Of a DNA stretch of 17,588 nt, positions 6,826-14,079 are shown in pieces. The translations under genes were made by a program, and so were the position numbers. Under the pieces are notes generated by a model, which saw only the letters and a program-made list of their open reading frames with translations, was not told where the DNA came from and made no database searches. Every line of letters starts with the position of its first letter. Within the stretch, counting starts at the first letter, position 1. Origin of the DNA: Calditrichia bacterium (GTDB taxonomy: Bacteria > Calditrichota > Calditrichia > RBG-13-44-9); assembly GCA_037381445.1 (NCBI GenBank), contig JARRQT010000134.1:1-17588 (forward strand), given 5' to 3'.

Positions 6826-8097
6826 CTATTCCGGGTTCCCCCGGTTTTCCGCTTTGAAATTCTCCATTTTTGTCTGCAGCCGCATTTTCCGGTGCAAAAG
6901 AGACTCCCTGAGATCGATCAGCGGATTATTGCGACCCAACTGCTTCAGCAGCTCAATGTATTCCAGTCCCTGCTCCACCAGCTCCAGGGCAGCCGCATAA
7001 TTTTTCTCCTTATGCTCATAATACTTGGCCAGTTCCTCAATCGCCTCGGGGTGATCATGCTGCTCCTCCAGCAGCTGCTGAAACAAATCACCGGCTTTCC
7101 GGTGGTCTCCCATTTTCTTGTAGGTCATGGACAACAGGAAAAGCGCTTCCCTGCGGTCCGGCCGATCGGAATTATTCTGCTGCAGAAACTCGAGCAGCGG
7201 TACGGTTTCCGAATATTCTTTGTTCTGATAATAAAATCTGGCCAGCGAAAAGATGTCTTCGGAATGCTCCAATGCCTGCAGGGGATTTTCTGATATCTGC
7301 CCGATCTGCAGGGTCAACAGCATCATGTTCACAATATCGTGGTAGTTATGCTCCAGCACATCCCGCAAAAGGCCTGCCTTGCGCTTCCGGATGTATTCAA
7401 AATAGATCTGGGGAATCATCTCCCCGGGAATGTCATCGTGGCGCTCCTGCCCGAGAATGGCATATTCCAGGTTTTGCAGATCGCAATAGATCAGCCTTCT
7501 TTTCCAAAGCCGGCGGGAGGCGTGCAGCACATCGATATGGTTTTTGTCATCCAGCATGGAATCGATTCTGTTCAGGATAAATCGGTTTCGCAGCAGTGGA
7601 ATATCAAAAGATTTTCCGTTGAAGCTCACCAGATGTTCATAGGACAGCAAAATATTCTCAACCATATTCAACATCAGCCACTCATGCTGGAAATCCGGCA
7701 AGACATATTGCCGCACGACAATGTGATCCAGTTCAAAATGCCCCAATCCTATCAGGAAGGCATAGGTGCCGGTGCCGCCGGATAGGCCTGTTGTCTCCAG
7801 ATCAATAAACAGCGCTTTCCTCAGATTGAACTGCCTGGCGGCCGGATCAGCAGTAATACGATGGAAATTACCCAAAACAAACCCGCTGTCCCGCAATTTC
7901 TCAAAAACCGGGTGTGAGTAGGCGGGATAGAAATTTTCTTTCAGGACAATAAAAGAATTCTTATCGGAAATGATTTTTGCATCGAGTTCCCGCTGGAAAT
8001 CGTTTATCCATAACTCATCGGAAGGGTTCTGTATCGTTTCTTCCTTTTGGATGACAGGCGATTTGTCCAGTCGGGACAATTTATCTTTAATATTCAT
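6826..8097 (-). CDS. mrfB: MrfB/YprB-like DnaQ (RNase H-like fold) exonuclease with C-terminal TPR repeats
   Basis: ExoI LFIDLETTGLSGGTGTYAFLIG, ExoII SFNGKSFD, ExoIII LEHNYHDI; TPR helices (EELAKYYEHKEKNY..ALE); 20 nt downstream of the MrfA-like gene end. Confidence 0.85.
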   Translation of the reverse strand: MNIKDKLSRLDKSPVIQKEETIQNPSDELWINDFQRELDAKIISDKNSFIVLKENFYPAYSHPVFEKLRDSGFVLGNFHRITADPAARQFNLRKALFIDLETTGLSGGTGTYAFLIGLGHFELDHIVVRQYVLPDFQHEWLMLNMVENILLSYEHLVSFNGKSFDIPLLRNRFILNRIDSMLDDKNHIDVLHASRRLWKRRLIYCDLQNLEYAILGQERHDDIPGEMIPQIYFEYIRKRKAGLLRDVLEHNYHDIVNMMLLTLQIGQISENPLQALEHSEDIFSLARFYYQNKEYSETVPLLEFLQQNNSDRPDRREALFLLSMTYKKMGDHRKAGDLFQQLLEEQHDHPEAIEELAKYYEHKEKNYAAALELVEQGLEYIELLKQLGRNNPLIDLRESLLHRKMRLQTKMENFKAENRGNPE

Positions 8098-8117
8098 GGA
8101 ATCTTCTAATACCCGTA

Positions 8118-8507
8118 CTAATTCTGCACTTCCCGCGCTTCCGTCTCTTTTTGAAGCGACTGATTAATCTTTTCCAGAAGCATAATGGCGAGCGCCTTCC
8201 CCTTTTCTCCGACTTCCAAAAATGGCCCCACGCAGCCTGGGCATCCCGCCTGGCAGGGACAGCGGCTGACCAGACTGAGCGCGCCTTCGAAAATGGGGTA
8301 CGGATAGCTCATCACTTTCCAGCTCAAACCGACGCCGCCGGGATAATTATCGTACAGATAGATGGTCGGATGCTGCGAAAACGGCGCCCGAACCATGGGA
8401 ACCGCCCGGATATCTCCGGGGTCGCACATGATGAACACCGGTGCGATATTGCGCAGCACGTTGGCAACCGCCTGCAGCGCACCGCCCAGCTCTAAACCGC
8501 GGAGAAA
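8118..8507 (-). pseudogene. mrfA: Out-of-frame C-terminal DUF1998 (four-Cys) portion of the MrfA helicase
   Basis: ANVLRNIAPVFIMCDPGDI...PTIYLYDNYPGGVG...CPCQAGCPGCVG is the DUF1998 signature. It sits in the +1 frame relative to the helicase ORF and has no credible independent start. Confidence 0.85.
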
Positions 8508-10395
8508 AGTCGATCCACATGGCGTTGGTCGCCATTTCCATCTCCGGCAGATGGACCCTTCCCGCGCCCACATTTTCGTGGGTGAAGAGCTTTATTTTTT
8601 TGAATCCGGTGGTCACCGTGCTGACGTTGACTTCCCCGTAAACAAGGGAGAACTCCGCCAGTTCTTTCTCTTCATCTGTGGAAAGCACTTTGATATTTGT
8701 CTTGGTGATGGCATCCGTAAAATAATCCACGCTTACCTTCCGGACATAAGCCTTTTTTCGTTCCCAGTCAAGCTGATCGACATGGTACTGCTCTGTTTCG
8801 TGCATATAGATGGCATCCTTATGCACCAGCATCTGCGCCCCGAAAAGATCCACCTCTCCGATAACCCGGTCGCCCCTGGTTTTATCAATAATGACCACAT
8901 TATCGGGTGAAGCGCTCCGCAGACTCACCTCCTCTGCCGGATAGATTTCGCTCATCCAGTAATATTTTCCGTCCGTGGCCCGCAGAACATTCTTCTCCGC
9001 AAGATATTCCAGGATTTCCCGGGTGCCTTCCATACCGAATTTTTCATCCTCGCGGAAGGGAATCTCAAATGCCGCGCACTTGATATGGCTCATGAGAATC
9101 AGCAAATTGTTGGGGTCCACAATGCCGCTTTCCGGAGATTTTTCAAAAAAATACTGCGGATTTTCCATGATATACTGATTCATCGGTGAGCTGCTCGCCA
9201 CCAGAATAGTGACCGAGGTGGTGTTGCGCCGTCCCGCCCGCCCGGCCTGCTGCCAGGAGCTGGCAACCGAACCCGGGTAACCGGCCAGAATGGACACATC
9301 CAGCTGCCCGATATCAATACCCAGCTCAAGCGCGTTGGTGCTGACCACCGAAAGGATCTTCCCGTTTTTGAGTCCCTGCTCAATGGCTCGCCGTTCCAGG
9401 GGAAGATATCCCCCCCGGTAGCCGCTGACCTTATCCGTGGGAATATGAAGTTTTTTAGCGGTCTCTTTCAGATATTTGGTAATTACTTCCACCCGGACGC
9501 GGCTGCGCGCAAAAACGATGAACTGGACGCGCGTTTCCAGAAAATGGGAAGCCAGCCTGCGCACTTCCGTGACTACCGAGCGGCGAATGCCGAGTTGCCG
9601 GTTGATCACCGGCGGATTATAAAGTATAAAATGTTTTTTTCCGCTGGGTGCCCCATTGCGGTCGATTAATTCCACCGGTTCTTCGATTATTTTAGCGGCC
9701 AGTTCCGCCGGATTGGCAATGGTCGCGGAGCAGCAGATGAATTGAGGATGGCTGTTATAAAAATCCGCAATCCTTTTCAGGCGGCGGATCAGGTTGCCCA
9801 GATGACTCCCCACCACGCCCCGGTAATAGTGGATTTCATCAATGATGACATATTTCAGATTTTCGAACAATTTCACCCAGATGGTATGGTGGGGTAAAAT
9901 TCCCTGATGCAGCATATCGGGATTGGTGATAACGATATGGCCGGAGCGGCGGATCGCTTTACGGGCCGTGACGGGCGTGTCGCCGTCAAAGGTGTAAGTG
10001 CGGATATCCGCTTCCATGATGGTGATCAGATCGTGGAGCTCTTTTAACTGGTCCTGCGAAAGGGCCTTTGTGGGGAAAAGATAAATCGCCCGCGCTTCCG
10101 GATCTTTCAGGATATTATTCAAAACCGGCAGGTTGTAGGCGAGGGTCTTCCCGCTGGCAGTGGGCGTCACCAGCACGATATTTTTTCCGTTATCAACCGC
10201 CTGGAAAGCTTCCGCCTGGTGCGAATAAAGCTGCCGGATTCCTTTCTGCTGCAGAGCGGAAATCAGTTTCGGGTTGATTCCAGCGGGGAAATCCGCATAC
10301 TTCGCGGCCCGCGCTGGAATTTCTTCCCAGCGGGTAATGTTCCGTACGATTTCAGGTTCATTTCGCAGGAAGTCTATCAGCTGTTCAAGATTCAT
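8347..10395 (-). CDS. mrfA: MrfA/YprA-like SF2 DEAD/DEAH-box helicase, frameshifted near 8505; the full gene would span 8118-10395
   Basis: Q motif LYSHQ, I PTASGKT, Ia FPTKALSQDQ, Ib TNPDML, II DEIH, III SAT, V STNALELGIDIG, VI QQAGRAGRR. Start ATG 10395 overlaps the DUF523 gene end. Sequence after WIDF turns aberrant. Confidence 0.9.
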   Translation of the reverse strand: MNLEQLIDFLRNEPEIVRNITRWEEIPARAAKYADFPAGINPKLISALQQKGIRQLYSHQAEAFQAVDNGKNIVLVTPTASGKTLAYNLPVLNNILKDPEARAIYLFPTKALSQDQLKELHDLITIMEADIRTYTFDGDTPVTARKAIRRSGHIVITNPDMLHQGILPHHTIWVKLFENLKYVIIDEIHYYRGVVGSHLGNLIRRLKRIADFYNSHPQFICCSATIANPAELAAKIIEEPVELIDRNGAPSGKKHFILYNPPVINRQLGIRRSVVTEVRRLASHFLETRVQFIVFARSRVRVEVITKYLKETAKKLHIPTDKVSGYRGGYLPLERRAIEQGLKNGKILSVVSTNALELGIDIGQLDVSILAGYPGSVASSWQQAGRAGRRNTTSVTILVASSSPMNQYIMENPQYFFEKSPESGIVDPNNLLILMSHIKCAAFEIPFREDEKFGMEGTREILEYLAEKNVLRATDGKYYWMSEIYPAEEVSLRSASPDNVVIIDKTRGDRVIGEVDLFGAQMLVHKDAIYMHETEQYHVDQLDWERKKAYVRKVSVDYFTDAITKTNIKVLSTDEEKELAEFSLVYGEVNVSTVTTGFKKIKLFTHENVGAGRVHLPEMEMATNAMWIDFSPRFRAGRCAAGGCQRAAQYRTGVHHVRPRRYPGGSHGSGAVFAASDHLSVR

Positions 10396-10888
10396 TTGTT
10401 TGTTCCAGTTTGTCCAACATTTTCCCGGCTTCGGCAAGCTGTTCTTCAGTAAAAACCAGTACCCCTTCCGATTTCAGCAGGGCAGCCGTCACACCGTCCC
10501 CGTCCTTCAATGTTCCGGAAAAACCTCCATCATAAATTCTTCCGATCCCGCAGGAGGGACTGTGCGATTTCAGAATGGCGATCCGGATATGCTGACTTTT
10601 CACGATCTCCAGCGCCCGCCTGGCTCCGGAAATAAAATTATCACTGACATCCTCTCCCCGGATATTCATGATCCGGGCGTTTCCCCCAAACACATCAAAT
10701 CCGCTCCCTGCTTCGATTTCCGATGGCGAACGGGGAATTGTCAATCCGCCCCCAACCTCGGGACAAAATTCCACCAGCCGCCCCTCCTCCTTCCAATTTC
10801 GCAGAACAGCAGAAACTTCCCGCAAAACCTTTCCGTCGTATCTCACATTTTGACCGGTGAGGCATGAACTGACCAAAATCTTTTCCAT
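10385..10888 (-). CDS. DUF523 / TudS (2-thiouracil desulfurase)-family Fe-S protein
   Basis: ILVSSCL.G..VRYDG, FCPEVGGGL..PR, AILKS.SPSCG and G.GVTAALL motifs; three conserved Cys (C9, C42, C113). Confidence 0.9.
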   Translation of the reverse strand: MEKILVSSCLTGQNVRYDGKVLREVSAVLRNWKEEGRLVEFCPEVGGGLTIPRSPSEIEAGSGFDVFGGNARIMNIRGEDVSDNFISGARRALEIVKSQHIRIAILKSHSPSCGIGRIYDGGFSGTLKDGDGVTAALLKSEGVLVFTEEQLAEAGKMLDKLEQTNES

Positions 10889-10924
10889 TGAGCAAAATTA
10901 AATGGATTGGATTGCGGAAAGCAA
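10889..10924 (-). promoter_or_regulatory. Putative leaderless promoter for the DUF523-mrfA-mrfB operon
   Basis: TTGCTT (10924-10919) - 18 nt - TAATTT (10900-10895) - 6 nt - ATG (10888); no SD. Confidence 0.45.
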
Positions 10925-11020
10925 CATAAAAAGCAAAAGTGCCAGCTGCGTTTTATGCCGAACCGGATATTAAGATCTGGATTGCGCAATTGGCCCGCAC
11001 GCTCCCGGAAATTTTAGAGT

Positions 11021-11056
11021 TTGGATTTTGATATATTATCTTTCTAAATTTTAGGC
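11021..11056 (+). promoter_or_regulatory. Putative leaderless promoter for the glycosyltransferase operon
   Basis: TTGGAT (11021-11026) - 18 nt - TAAATT (11045-11050) - 6 nt - ATG (11057); no convincing SD. Confidence 0.45.
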
Positions 11057-12196
11057 ATGAACAAGGAAGAACTCGCTTCGCTGCAGCTCATTTCGGTCCG
11101 CTGGTGGAATGCCACCGCCTATTACGCCATCAGCCTGGCAAAGATATTGCAGGATGCCGGATATCCCGTGACGGTAGGAGGAACCGCCGGAAGTCCCCCG
11201 ATTAAAGCTGCCGGTGACTGCGCGCTGGAGACATTTCACGATATTCATCTGGAAAGTTTCCAACCGTTCCGCATGCTCAGAAATTACACTGAACTGAAAA
11301 ATTTCATTACCCGCAACGGTATCCGCCTCATTAATGCCCACCGGCCGGAGGACCATCTCTTCTCCGGCCTGCTGAACAGAAGGCGTGGAAATATTCGCCT
11401 GGTCCGTACGGTGGGGGATGTGCGGGCACCCAAAAATAATCCGGTCAATAAATGGCTGCACCTGGAGGCGACGGATTTCTTCATCTTTTCCTGCCGGGCC
11501 AATATGCAGCGTTATCTTGATGTCTGGCCCATCCCGCAGGAGAAGACGGCCGTAATCTATGCCCCGGTAGATACCGAATATTTTACGCCACCGGCCGATA
11601 CATCTTCTTTGAGAAGAAAACTGAATATTTCGGAAGAGAAAATTGTATTTGGAGTTGTCGGACGGTTTTCGCCGGTAAAAGACCATGAAACCTTCCTGCA
11701 GGCCGCGGCCCGTGTCAGCCAAAAACTCGCGGATGTGGAATTTATCATCAGCGGTGAAGAGGTGGAAATCTCCCGGCAGCAACTGATGGATAGGGCCAAA
11801 AAGCTAGGACTTGAGAAAAGGGTTCATTTTCTTGATAAACAGGAAGACGTGCGGGAGGTCATCTCCGCCAGTGATGTGGGCGTGACCTGCTCCAATGGCT
11901 CGGAAGCGGTTTCGAGGATTTCCGCCGAGTTCATGGCCATGGGCCGCCCCATTTTGGTCAGTGATGTGAACGTGCTGCCCGAAATGATTACGCATGGAGT
12001 AGAAGGATTTGTCTTTTCCAGCGGTTCCCCGCAGCAGCTCGCCGGAAAGATGGAAAAACTGCTCAATGATCCGGCATCGATAAAAGCCATGGGTCAAAAA
12101 GCCAGGAAAAACGCCGTCACTAATTTCAGCCACCGGAAATTCCTGACCGATACGCTCTCGGTTTATGAAAAAGTGCTGGCAAAAAGAGGAATTTAG
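11057..12196 (+). CDS. Glycosyltransferase family 4 (GT-B, RfaB-like)
   Basis: VGRFSPVKDH motif, EX7E motif SEAVSRISAEFMAMGRP, and C-terminal MG..AR...F segment. Confidence 0.9.
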   Translation: MNKEELASLQLISVRWWNATAYYAISLAKILQDAGYPVTVGGTAGSPPIKAAGDCALETFHDIHLESFQPFRMLRNYTELKNFITRNGIRLINAHRPEDHLFSGLLNRRRGNIRLVRTVGDVRAPKNNPVNKWLHLEATDFFIFSCRANMQRYLDVWPIPQEKTAVIYAPVDTEYFTPPADTSSLRRKLNISEEKIVFGVVGRFSPVKDHETFLQAAARVSQKLADVEFIISGEEVEISRQQLMDRAKKLGLEKRVHFLDKQEDVREVISASDVGVTCSNGSEAVSRISAEFMAMGRPILVSDVNVLPEMITHGVEGFVFSSGSPQQLAGKMEKLLNDPASIKAMGQKARKNAVTNFSHRKFLTDTLSVYEKVLAKRGI

Positions 12197-12197
12197 C

Positions 12198-12995
12198 TTG
12201 GACAAAACACCGCGGATTTCAATTACCATTATCGGACATAACGAAGGGTATCACCTCAGCGAATTACTGCCCACCCTCGACTGGGCAGATGAAATCATCT
12301 ACGTGGATTGTAAAAGTGATGATGATTCTCTTCGGATCGCGCAGGCCGCAGGATGCCTGGTTTTTCAAAAACCCAACAATCCCAATCTGAACGTCAATAA
12401 AGATTTTGCGATGAAACAGGCCGGCAGCGACTGGCTGTTTTACCTGGATCCCGATGAGCGGATCCCAGCGGAACTGGCCGCGGAAATCAGGTCCCGCGTC
12501 TCCTCGCCGGATAAATACCAGGCATTTTCACTGAATCGAAGGAACCATTATTTCGGCAAATGGCTGAAACACGGCAGCCAGTATCCTGACACACAGCTCC
12601 GCCTTTTCCGGAAGGAATCCGCGCAGTTCCCGCTGAAACACGTGCATGAGAAACTGCAGGTCGACGGCCCGGTGGGAAAATTAAAAAATGATATGCACCA
12701 TCATCCCTATCTGAATATATCGCAGTATCTGCAGAAGTTTGATTTCTACACCAGTTTCGAGGCCAATTACCTTTCCGCCCGGGGCGAAAGGCCTTCTCCG
12801 GGGATGAGTTTCCATTACTGGATCAGCCAGCCCGCCTTGCGGTTTGTCCGCCGCTATTTTTTCAAACAGGGTTTCCTGGACGGCTGGCAGGGATTTTTCG
12901 CCGCCCTGTTCGATTCCCTAAATTTTATGGTGAGATATTTCAAACTGATCGAGATAACCAGGCAGCAGGCCAAAGATGAACAGAAGCAAATATAA
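12198..12995 (+). CDS. Glycosyltransferase family 2, WaaE/KdtX-like LPS core glucosyltransferase type
   Basis: ISITIIGHNE...WADEIIYVDCKSDDDS, WLFYLDPDE, YPDTQLRLFR, VHE and YFFKQGFLDGWQG motifs. Probable TTG start at 12198 after SD GAGGA, 1 nt after the GT4 stop. Confidence 0.85.
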   Translation: MDKTPRISITIIGHNEGYHLSELLPTLDWADEIIYVDCKSDDDSLRIAQAAGCLVFQKPNNPNLNVNKDFAMKQAGSDWLFYLDPDERIPAELAAEIRSRVSSPDKYQAFSLNRRNHYFGKWLKHGSQYPDTQLRLFRKESAQFPLKHVHEKLQVDGPVGKLKNDMHHHPYLNISQYLQKFDFYTSFEANYLSARGERPSPGMSFHYWISQPALRFVRRYFFKQGFLDGWQGFFAALFDSLNFMVRYFKLIEITRQQAKDEQKQI

Positions 12996-14037
12996 AAATA
13001 TTCTGCTGGTCCGCACCGACCGGATTGGCGATGTGGTTCTCACCACTCCCGCCATTTCCCTGCTGCGAGAGAACTATCCCGACGCGAATCTTTATTTCCT
13101 GACCCGCCAGTACACGGCGCCATTGCTTTCCCATTACAAGTATCTGCAGGAGATCATCATTTACCGCCCGGAAAGCATACACAAAGGCTTCAGGGGACAT
13201 TTGCAGCTTGGCAGGGAACTGAAGTCCAGGCAGATTGATCTGGCGCTGCTGTTCTATCCCCGCCCCGGCCTGGCCCTGGCATTGCGGGCGGCGAGAATAA
13301 AACACCGGGTCGGCATCGGTTATCGCTGGTATTCGTTTTTATTAAATCACCGTATTTTTGAGCACCGCAAATACGGCCGGCGTCATGAACTGGAATACAA
13401 TCTCTCTCTGATGGAAAATTTTATCGAGAGCGTTCCCCCGCCCGGGCAGATCAAATTTGATTTTCAAACCGATGAGAGATTAAATCTTCTCCGCGATAAA
13501 GCCCTTTCAAAGCTCGAAATCAATACCGGGACTGATTACGTGGTAGTACACCCCGGCAGCGGGGGTTCGGCTCCCAATCTCCCGCCGGCCATGTTTGCCC
13601 GGATTATTAATTACATTGCCCGCAATTCATCCTTGAAGATCCTGCTGGCGGGAAGCGCGATGGAAGCATCGTTAATCAACGAGATTGCGGCAGAAGCGGA
13701 AGGCGATTCCCTGACCAGGGTGATCGGCGACTGGGATCTGGAAACATACACCTCCGTCATCGCAAAAAGCAGGCTGTTCATTTCCAACAGCACCGGTCCC
13801 ATGCACATCGCCAGGGCCTTCAATATTCCGCTGGTGGCATTCTATTGTCCCGCCATTCCCTGCTCTCCCAAACGCTGGGGCCCCTACAACCGCCCGGACT
13901 CGGTCCTCGCTCCCGATGTAGAGCCCTGCAAGACCTGCAATCGGCAAACCTGTCCGCACGGCAACTGCCTCTCCCACATCGAATGGCCGGAGATCAGGGC
14001 GCTGCTGGACCTGCGGCTGGCAATAAGGCAGGAATAA
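12976..14037 (+). CDS. Glycosyltransferase family 9 (ADP-heptose:LPS heptosyltransferase type)
   Basis: ILLVRTDRIGDVVLTTPAI, VVVHPGSGGS, FISNSTGPMHIA, RWGP and a C-terminal PC..C....C....C cluster; overlaps the GT2 end by 20 nt. Confidence 0.9.
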   Translation: MNRSKYKNILLVRTDRIGDVVLTTPAISLLRENYPDANLYFLTRQYTAPLLSHYKYLQEIIIYRPESIHKGFRGHLQLGRELKSRQIDLALLFYPRPGLALALRAARIKHRVGIGYRWYSFLLNHRIFEHRKYGRRHELEYNLSLMENFIESVPPPGQIKFDFQTDERLNLLRDKALSKLEINTGTDYVVVHPGSGGSAPNLPPAMFARIINYIARNSSLKILLAGSAMEASLINEIAAEAEGDSLTRVIGDWDLETYTSVIAKSRLFISNSTGPMHIARAFNIPLVAFYCPAIPCSPKRWGPYNRPDSVLAPDVEPCKTCNRQTCPHGNCLSHIEWPEIRALLDLRLAIRQE

Positions 14038-14079
14038 TTCGGGGTATATCATTTTGGGAGAGAAATCAGCTGGAAAGCT

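Noticed and set aside
8508..8573. Independent start for the 151-aa ORF 8118..8573
   Set aside because: Its first about 22 residues (MWAREGSICRRWKW...) are the off-frame reading of helicase codons; DUF1998-like sequence begins only after about 8505.
6796..10867. Plus-strand ORFs opposite mrfB, mrfA and DUF523 (165, 148, 182, 197 aa and others)
   Set aside because: Essentially antisense to motif-bearing genes; expected at this GC content.
6826..10888. Helicase + DUF1998 + nuclease as an anti-phage system (DISARM DrmB or Druantia-like)
   Set aside because: The partner is a YprB/MrfB-type exonuclease-TPR protein, there is no DrmA or methylase, and the context is housekeeping. It fits MrfAB repair better.
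10981..10990. Perfect 10-bp palindrome ATTGCGCAAT in the divergent intergenic region
   Set aside because: Too short to distinguish from chance in 17.6 kb, and not matched to an operator I can name, including an SOS box.
13840..13975. Cys-rich C-terminus of the GT9 as a novel metal site
   Set aside because: A PC..C...C...C cluster is common in WaaF-like GT9 enzymes.
11051..14052. Minus-strand ORFs opposite the glycosyltransferases (243, 141, 121, 126 aa)
   Set aside because: Shadow ORFs with no domain signal.
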